A stretch of 64,000 nt of DNA from an uncultured Chloroflexota bacterium (GTDB lineage Bacteria > Chloroflexota > Limnocylindria > Limnocylindrales > Limnocylindraceae): the NCBI GenBank assembly GCA_964430115.1, contig CAYSEM010000001.1, positions 26,587 through 90,586 of the forward strand. The letters are read 5' to 3'. The notes beneath the pieces are model-generated. The model saw only the letters and a program-made list of their open reading frames with translations, had not been told where the DNA came from and did not search any database. Shown one piece after another: positions 57,925 through 64,000 of the stretch. The position numbers were made by a program, and so were the translations under genes. How positions within the stretch are numbered: the first letter of the stretch is position 1; the number at the start of each line of letters is the position of its first letter.

Positions 57925-58806
57925 TTAGCTCCTCGCGAGATCGCGATGCTCCACCACAATCGGGGCGGAACCAGCGACCGCCGGCAGGCGACGCGCAAGC
58001 GCCTCAACAATGGCAACAGACCGATGTCGACCTCCAGTGCAGCCAATCGCAACACTAAGGCGGCCACGACCATCCGCAAGATAGGCGGGCACGCTTGCAG
58101 CGAGGTAGGTCTCAACTGATTGCAACAAGGAAGCGCCGATCGGATCGCCCAATACGTAGCTGCTGATCTCAGGCGAACGACCATCGAGAGGGCGAAGTTC
58201 AGGCACCCAGTGCGGATTCGCCGCCGCCCGGACGTCAAACACGAGATCCGCTTCAAGAGGGATACCATGCTTGTATCCGAAGCTTGTCAGCCGGATCGCA
58301 ACACGCTCATCACTCTCAAGCGCTTCAGCGACAAGACGGTCGCGCAGCTCCCTCCCGCTGAGATCGCTAGTGTCAATCACCGCATCCGCAGACTCGCGCG
58401 TCGCACTCAGCAGCGTACGCTCCGCTGCAATTGCATCCGCAACCGATCTCGGTGCATCCACTGCTCCACCCAGCGGATGACGGTGTCGTGTTTCACCAAA
58501 ACGACGAATCAGCACATCGTCTCGGGCATCCAAATAGATAATGCGCGCGCTTACACCAATCGCCGCAGTCCCCATGCGCACGAGTTCAATCGTCTTGCTC
58601 GGATCGCCATCTCGCGCATCAAGCACCAAACAGACCCGCGCAAATCGCTGCGGATCAGCAGCAATCTTCTCAACAAGTGCTGGGAGCAGTTCGTGCGGAA
58701 GATTGTCAATGGTGCGAAAGCCAATATCTTCCAGCGACTTGGTCGCCGTTGTCTTCCCCGCGCCAGACAGCCCGGTCAGCAGGATCACACGACGGTCGGC
58801 AGTCAT
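57925..58806 (-). CDS. rapZ: RNase adapter protein RapZ (YvcJ)
   Basis: 293 aa, ILLTGLSGAGKTTATKSLEDIGFRTIDNLP... Confidence 0.92.
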   Translation of the reverse strand: MTADRRVILLTGLSGAGKTTATKSLEDIGFRTIDNLPHELLPALVEKIAADPQRFARVCLVLDARDGDPSKTIELVRMGTAAIGVSARIIYLDARDDVLIRRFGETRHRHPLGGAVDAPRSVADAIAAERTLLSATRESADAVIDTSDLSGRELRDRLVAEALESDERVAIRLTSFGYKHGIPLEADLVFDVRAAANPHWVPELRPLDGRSPEISSYVLGDPIGASLLQSVETYLAASVPAYLADGRGRLSVAIGCTGGRHRSVAIVEALARRLPAVAGSAPIVVEHRDLARS

Positions 58807-59534
58807 CGCCCACCAGCGCGCACAAGGACGATAGAGAACTCATACAGCAAGAGGAGTGTGATGGCCAGCACGAGCGGGCTGACGAGATCGGTTCCAGGCG
58901 TTGCAATGGCGCTGACGATGACAACGCCCACGATTGCGCCACGACGCCAAGCTCGTAGCTTCGCAGAGGTGACAAGTCCTACTCGAGAGAGGAAGACGAG
59001 AACGATCGGATACTCAGCAGCGACTGCAAATAGGAGGACGAGGCCGCTCACAAAGCCAAAGTATCGATCGGCGGCGATCATCGGCAAGAGATCCTCGCTC
59101 GCAAAGCCAAGGAGGAAACCGACGGCGATCGGGAGGATGCTCCATGCAACCACCGCGCCAAGGATAAAGAGTGCAAGCGCGAGCGGAAGCCATGGGCGTG
59201 CGCTCCGCCGCTCCGCACTCGTGAGCCCGGGGCTGATGAACGCCCACACTTGCCAGAGGAGGATCGGCATTGCAATGGTAAGACCGCCAATGAGGCCCAG
59301 CTGCATCCGTATGCCGAAAGCGTCCCCAACCCCAGTGAAATAGAGCTTGGTAGTCCCAAGTGGACCGCGGAGCAGTTCAATGAGTTGGTCGGAGACGCTA
59401 AATGCGGCAACCGCGCCAATCAGCACGGCAACGGCGCAAATCAGCACTCGCCGACGAAGCTCGCGGAGGTGGTCAACCAACGGCGCCGTACGCGTCACGC
59501 TCGCGACCTCATGAAGTGCTGAATCGACCGCCAT
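58803..59534 (-). CDS. tatC: twin-arginine translocase subunit TatC
   Basis: 243 aa with 6 TM helices and TatC family signature blocks (...HLRELRRR..., ...YEFSIVLV...). Confidence 0.9.
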   Translation of the reverse strand: MAVDSALHEVASVTRTAPLVDHLRELRRRVLICAVAVLIGAVAAFSVSDQLIELLRGPLGTTKLYFTGVGDAFGIRMQLGLIGGLTIAMPILLWQVWAFISPGLTSAERRSARPWLPLALALFILGAVVAWSILPIAVGFLLGFASEDLLPMIAADRYFGFVSGLVLLFAVAAEYPIVLVFLSRVGLVTSAKLRAWRRGAIVGVVIVSAIATPGTDLVSPLVLAITLLLLYEFSIVLVRAGGR

Positions 59535-59563
59535 CTAGGGTGCTCCTCGCTTGGCGATGTGGC

Positions 59564-59767
59564 TCAGCCCTTTCGCTTTGGGCGCCGCGCTGGACTCTTC
59601 CGCGCGGTTCGCTCCTCTCCAGGATCAACCGCCTCGGAGGTTGCCTTGCGGAACTCTCGGAATGAGCGGCCCACCGCAGCGCCGATCTCCGGAAGTTTGC
59701 CTGGGCCGAAGACTACGAGGATCACCGCGAGAATGAGGATGAGTTCGCCAGGTCCGATGTTCGGCAC
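59564..59767 (-). CDS. tatA: twin-arginine translocase subunit TatA/E
   Basis: 67 aa, MPNIGPGELILILAVILVVFGPGKLPEIGAAVGRSFREFRKA. Confidence 0.9.
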   Translation of the reverse strand: MPNIGPGELILILAVILVVFGPGKLPEIGAAVGRSFREFRKATSEAVDPGEERTARKSPARRPKRKG

Positions 59768-59806
59768 GTTCAGTACTCCTTACGCTGACGCGTCCGAACG
59801 GACGCC

Positions 59807-60664
59807 CTATGGGGTGAGTATAGCGAGGCGACTCGCCCACTCCGCCGAACGAGCATGGATCGCCTCCGTAGTCGCTCCGTCATCGGTCGCTGAGCCTGAG
59901 ATCCCCCGCCCGACATTGACCAGGAGCGAACCTCCAACTCGTGCCCTTGGGGTTCCAGTCGTTTCACCATGCGCCAGCACCGCCGCGAGATCGCCCCCTT
60001 GAGCGCCGACGCCAGGGACGAGGAGTGGCATATTCGGTGCGACTCCGCGAAGCTGCGCCATCGCCGCTGCCGCGGTTGCACCCGCCACAAGGCCGATTCG
60101 TCCCGCGCGTGCCTCCGGCCGCGCCGCTGCAAGTCGAGCGACGCGAAGATAAAGCGCCTCCTCTGGCGCTGATCCGTCAGCCGCAACCCGCAACTCCTGG
60201 AACTCTGGTGCTTCAGGGTTTGAGGTTCGGCAGAGGAGATAGACAAAGCGATCCTCTCTCACAAGAAGTGGCTCAAGGGCACCAATTCCAAGATACGGAT
60301 TCGCCGTAACGGCATCTGCCCCAAGGACGTCGTAGAGCGCGCGTGCCTGCGCAGCAACGGTGCTTCCAATATCCCCGCGCTTCACATCAACAATGAGGGG
60401 CGTATCGCTCGGTAGGAGGGTGCGAATGGATTCAGCAACTCGCATGCCCCCTGACCCGTACGCTTCGAAGAAGGCAAGGTTCACCTTGTAGGCGGCCGCA
60501 TGATCCGCCGTCGCGCTAATGAGAAGCTCACACCAACGACGAAGCCCCTCCTCACCCTGGGAGAGCGCGGCAGGGAGATGAGCTGGATCGGGATCAATCC
60601 CCACGCATAGGCGACCCCCGCGTCGCTTTATGGACGCCTCAAGGAGGTCGAGATAGCGACTCAC
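59807..60664 (-). CDS. pyrF: orotidine 5'-phosphate decarboxylase (long, type 2)
   Basis: 285 aa, ...LCVGIDPD..., ...YKVNLAFFEA... and ...LIVDVKRGDIGSTV... Confidence 0.9.
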   Translation of the reverse strand: MSRYLDLLEASIKRRGGRLCVGIDPDPAHLPAALSQGEEGLRRWCELLISATADHAAAYKVNLAFFEAYGSGGMRVAESIRTLLPSDTPLIVDVKRGDIGSTVAAQARALYDVLGADAVTANPYLGIGALEPLLVREDRFVYLLCRTSNPEAPEFQELRVAADGSAPEEALYLRVARLAAARPEARAGRIGLVAGATAAAAMAQLRGVAPNMPLLVPGVGAQGGDLAAVLAHGETTGTPRARVGGSLLVNVGRGISGSATDDGATTEAIHARSAEWASRLAILTP

Positions 60665-61872
60665 GGGGTGGTGCCTCCCTGCCCCTCAAAACTGAGCGGG
60701 CCCCATGCAGGCCGCACTCCCGCATCAACGAGGTCGCGCAGAAGCTGCACGCTTGCAATGATTGACGGAACACCTGAAGGTGGCGCGCTGATGGTGACCT
60801 GCTGCAGCGTCGCAGCACTCTCACGTGCCGCCAAGAAGATCAGTGAGCCACCCTCGGGGGACCACGCGGGCGACCACGAGCGACCGGTCCGCGTCACCTC
60901 AAGAACAATCTCTCCCGTAGCCGCGCTTAAGATCACCACGTCGCTCCCCTTCTTATCGATTCTCGTTGCCGCAACCCATCGACCGTCCGGACTGACCGCT
61001 GGTTCGATGAATCCCTTTGCGCCGAATCGAACGATGCGATCTGAGGTAACGTCAAAATAGATGATCCGTGATGCCGAGACGCCCTCCTCTTGACCGTTCT
61101 GCACGTAGTAGAGGCCGCTCCCATCCGCGTTCCATGCTGGATCCTGATGGCCATATGGTGCCTCATCTGGGAGTACCGGGGTGAGCATTCTGCCGTCCGA
61201 CTGAAGGATCCGGATGATCACATCCCCTCCAAGTTGTGAGGCACCTTTGTAGTCCGTCGCGAGCGCAACCTCACCGTTTACACCGATCGCTGGGTCAAAC
61301 ATGAACGTGGAGAAGTTCAACTTCGGATTCTTATCCACCAGCAGCCCATCAAGAACCACTTCGGCGTCACCGCCTCGGGTGCCAACGCGCATGAGTGTAG
61401 GAACGGTCAACCGATACGGTGTCACACCACCAGCAGCGTTCAATCGCCCTCCAATCTCGCTCCTGTTTCGAATGAAGTAGAGCCAGGTTCCATCTCTGCT
61501 CCATGCAGGCTCACCATCTGTAGTCGAGGTGGACACTTGCGTGATCGACGCTCCGTTCAACGACCAGAGCGCTCCGCCTCGCGCGAAGATGATGCTCCCT
61601 TCTACCTGCACGCCTTCCGTAACGGCCGCCCCTTCACCACCCGGCTCGTCACGTGATGAGGAGAGGTTTGCAACCCAGAACGTTCCAAGCGCACTCGCCG
61701 CAAGAAGGAGCGCCGCGAACAGCGGAGCAGCCTGCGGGCCAGCGCCACGCCAACCAGGCCCTCGGCTCCCCGGTGCGGGCGTAGGCGGACGGAGCGCGTG
61801 ATATGGACGAGAAGAACCGGCGCGATCGCTGCTGAGGCGCGGGCGCGGGCGCAGCGAACGGTTCCCGCTCAT
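60661..61872 (-). CDS. TolB-like / PD40 beta-propeller repeat protein with Pro/Arg-rich N-terminus and single TM anchor
   Basis: 403 aa with an N-terminal low-complexity region, then the hydrophobic helix AAPLFAALLLAASALGTFWVA. The rest has recurring PAWSPDG/PAWNADG-type PD40 repeats. Confidence 0.65.
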   Translation of the reverse strand: MSGNRSLRPRPRLSSDRAGSSRPYHALRPPTPAPGSRGPGWRGAGPQAAPLFAALLLAASALGTFWVANLSSSRDEPGGEGAAVTEGVQVEGSIIFARGGALWSLNGASITQVSTSTTDGEPAWSRDGTWLYFIRNRSEIGGRLNAAGGVTPYRLTVPTLMRVGTRGGDAEVVLDGLLVDKNPKLNFSTFMFDPAIGVNGEVALATDYKGASQLGGDVIIRILQSDGRMLTPVLPDEAPYGHQDPAWNADGSGLYYVQNGQEEGVSASRIIYFDVTSDRIVRFGAKGFIEPAVSPDGRWVAATRIDKKGSDVVILSAATGEIVLEVTRTGRSWSPAWSPEGGSLIFLAARESAATLQQVTISAPPSGVPSIIASVQLLRDLVDAGVRPAWGPLSFEGQGGTTP

Positions 61873-63662
61873 GCGTGGACCTCCGCTGTTTGGAGATCGA
61901 CCACATGCAGCTCGATCTTCTCCGTCCCTCGGTACGTTCGCTGAACAATTCGCGCCACCAGGTCAATGGTGCTTCCCTCGTGACCAGCCGCATCCGCTCG
62001 ACCGAAAGCGATCGCGTCGGTGCGGCCTCCGTCAATCTCCAACGTCAACCGCGCATGTTTCCCATCACCGACGAGACGAACACTGGTGAGGGCGACGCCC
62101 CTGAAAAGGAAGAGCGGATCAGGATTCCCCACGCCCGTTGGCGAGAGGTATTCCACGAGCGTCGCGAGGGACTCGAGTGAACGGCGTCCAGACGCTGGCT
62201 CGAGATCAACGGAGAGCACCGGCTCTCGCTGCGTGCTCTGGCCTTCAAATGCAGCTGCAAGATCGGTAACGAGTCGCTCCCATTCGCCACTCTCTGCCGT
62301 GCAGCCACCTGCGCCATCATGCCCGCCGTGCCGAATCAATCGGGCGGAGGCAGCCTCCAACGCCTTCGCAACCGAGAATCCGCGCGGGGCACGGATCGAG
62401 CATCGAAGGATTGAGGTGTCAGTTACGGGATCGCTGAGGTTTGCAACAAGCGCTGGACGACCAAACTCCTCTGCAAGTCGCCCGGCAACGAGCCCCAGCA
62501 CGCCAGGCGACCAGTCGCCAGCCACGGCGATGAGTGCCGGCTCAATCCGCGCTCGTGCGTCGTCGCGTGTCGTTAACCCATCCGCGCCCAGCGCAGCGCG
62601 CGCAGCATCGAGCGCCTCACGAGAGATATCTCGCCGTTCAAGGTTCAGTGCCTCCAGCTGTGCCGAAAGCTCCTCCGCTTCGTCTGGATCATCCGTCGTC
62701 AGCAGATCAAGCGCCGGGCGGGCATCTCCGATTCGACCCGCTGCGTTGATGCGCGGTGCAAGTGTGAAGCCCACCACTTCAACGCGATGTGGTCCCTCAG
62801 CACCAGCACTCGCAAGAAGCGCCTGGACTCCAGCAGGAGTTCGTCCCGCCCCGTTCAGTACCTTCAGCGCAGAACGCACGATCACCCGAAACTCGTCGGC
62901 GATCGGCACCATATCTGCCACTCCGCCAATCATCGCCAGCACGGAGAGTTCTCCGAGCAGAGCACGCCTCTCTGGATGGTCGGCGAGGATCCCCTGTGCA
63001 ATCTTGAAGGCGAGCCCGCTCCCCGCAAGGTTCGGGAATGGATACGTTGCATCTGGGCGATTCGGATTCACGAGCCATGCGGCCTTTGCGGGGTCACTCG
63101 GAACTGCATGGTGGTCAATGATCCCGACCAAGATCCCAAGATCTAAGGCCTCGGCAACCCGCGCACGATCTGCCGTCCCGCAGTCCACGGCCAGAATCAG
63201 CTCTACGCCGTCCTCTTGAGCAGCAGCAAGCGCACCCTCAGGGATGCCATGGCCGTCGCTTTCGCGGTTTGGGATGTAGCCCTCGGCAATCGCGCCGATC
63301 GCGCGCAACGCACGAATCATGATCGCCGCCCCCGTCAGGCCGTCCGCATCAAAGTCACCAACGACGAGAACGGGCTCCCCTGCTTCACCGGCAGCTCGCA
63401 AGCGCGCGATGAGGCCTGCTGCATCCGGGAGAAGCTCTGGCGCGTGCAACGTTCGATCACGGGGATCAAGAAAACGCTGCACAGCGTCTGGGGCGAGCGT
63501 GCTTCTGATTGCGACGAGTTCGGCCAACGAATCACGCAGATCTTCACGCACATCACTCGCGCCAAGGATCTCGCGGAGCGTGTCAACTACCTCTCGCTCG
63601 GCGGCTTCAACACGCCAGCGTCGTTGGGCGATGATTCGGCTGCTTGCTGGGGCAGGGCTCAC
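61869..63662 (-). CDS. recJ: single-stranded-DNA-specific exonuclease RecJ
   Basis: 597 aa with DHH phosphoesterase motifs (VLVVGDFDADGLTGAAIM, IIDHHAV) and a DHHA1 region. It follows secF as in the secDF-recJ cluster. Confidence 0.9.
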   Translation of the reverse strand: MSPAPASSRIIAQRRWRVEAAEREVVDTLREILGASDVREDLRDSLAELVAIRSTLAPDAVQRFLDPRDRTLHAPELLPDAAGLIARLRAAGEAGEPVLVVGDFDADGLTGAAIMIRALRAIGAIAEGYIPNRESDGHGIPEGALAAAQEDGVELILAVDCGTADRARVAEALDLGILVGIIDHHAVPSDPAKAAWLVNPNRPDATYPFPNLAGSGLAFKIAQGILADHPERRALLGELSVLAMIGGVADMVPIADEFRVIVRSALKVLNGAGRTPAGVQALLASAGAEGPHRVEVVGFTLAPRINAAGRIGDARPALDLLTTDDPDEAEELSAQLEALNLERRDISREALDAARAALGADGLTTRDDARARIEPALIAVAGDWSPGVLGLVAGRLAEEFGRPALVANLSDPVTDTSILRCSIRAPRGFSVAKALEAASARLIRHGGHDGAGGCTAESGEWERLVTDLAAAFEGQSTQREPVLSVDLEPASGRRSLESLATLVEYLSPTGVGNPDPLFLFRGVALTSVRLVGDGKHARLTLEIDGGRTDAIAFGRADAAGHEGSTIDLVARIVQRTYRGTEKIELHVVDLQTAEVHA

Positions 63663-63680
63663 CGCGAACCCACCGGCACG

Positions 63681-64000
63681 CTAGGCGGTTCGGCGTGCGC
63701 TCGGCGAACTCTTTCGCGCCGCAACGCGCTCTTCCCACCAGACGAGGAGCGGGCTGGCGTTGAAGATCGATGAGTAGGTTCCAGAGAGGATTCCAACAAA
63801 GAGAGCAAGCACAAACGTGCGAATTGAGCCACCAGCGAACACGAGAAGTGCCAACAGCGTGATGAGCACCGTTGCGGTGGTGTTCAGGGAACGACCCATC
63901 GTCTGCACGATTGAATGATTCACGATCTGGCCGAATGGAGCACCAGCGTACCGAGCGATGTTTTCGCGGACTCGGTCAAAGACCACGATCGTGTCGTGCA
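63681..64000 (-). CDS. secF: protein-export membrane protein SecF, C-terminal part; 5' end lies beyond the window
   Basis: C-terminal 100 aa read ...VFDRVRENIARYAGAPFGQIVNHSIVQTMGRSLNTTATVLITLLALLVFAGGSIRTFVLALFVGILSGTYSSIF..., a typical SecF C-terminus. Confidence 0.85.
   Translation of the reverse strand, partial: HDTIVVFDRVRENIARYAGAPFGQIVNHSIVQTMGRSLNTTATVLITLLALLVFAGGSIRTFVLALFVGILSGTYSSIFNASPLLVWWEERVAARKSSPSARRTA

Noticed and set aside
58120-59343. 407-aa + strand ORF antisense to rapZ/tatC
   Set aside because: Same reasoning: Arg/Ser/Thr-rich low complexity, fully overlapping two canonical genes.
1-64000. Prophage, integrative element, toxin-antitoxin or defence island
   Set aside because: - I found no integrase, transposase, recombinase or phage structural gene, and no hypothetical-gene cluster.
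- Every - strand gene is a recognisable housekeeping orthologue in conserved order.
- Intergenic spacers are mostly under 120 nt.
- GC varies (about 45-70% in 60-nt samples) but without a sharply bounded island.

Overview
The window is a high-GC (~60-70%), almost entirely single-stranded stretch of core bacterial chromosome; only 3 protein genes (MFS, rpmB, LCP) are on the + strand, so the - strand is probably the leading strand. I find no mobile elements, integrases, CRISPR arrays or defence cassettes, and no discrete novel system that I can support. Reading high to low coordinate on the - strand the order is: secF(partial)-recJ-TolB-like-pyrF-tatA-tatC-rapZ-yvcK-whiA-tpiA-gpmI-secG-SBP-[7 tRNAs]-rpsF-ssb-rpsR-ilvE / LCP(+) / ileS-lspA-rluD-gmk-priA-def-fmt-rlmN-rpe / rpmB(+) / yloV(DAK2)-recG-rsmD-coaD-yceD-rpmF-plsX-nusB-like-acpP-rnc-smc-ftsY / MFS(+) / ffh-rpsP-KH-rimM-trmD-rplS-rnhB-yraN-rpsB-tsf-pyrH-frr-uppS-cdsA-dxr-rseP-ispG / nusA-ylxR-infB-rbfA-DHH(nrnA-like)-truB-ribF-rpsO-pnp(partial). 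This synteny (whiA/yvcK/rapZ, DHH between rbfA and truB, LCP, acidic tails on S16/L19/S2/S6) suggests a monoderm high-GC lineage, Actinobacteria- or Chloroflexi-like. What deserves a second look is small-scale. (1) A terminator-like hairpin plus U7 sits 32 nt upstream of the nusA start codon, and rimP is absent. (2) rimM has no canonical start codon upstream of a conserved N-terminal block. (3) rnhB carries GLA in place of the GRG substrate-recognition motif. (4) A nusB-like gene occupies the fabD/fabG slot between plsX and acpP. (5) The riboflavin-kinase half of ribF looks degenerate. (6) Several genes are packed with unusually tight convergent or divergent spacing. All long + strand ORFs antisense to the - strand genes look like high-GC frame artefacts.
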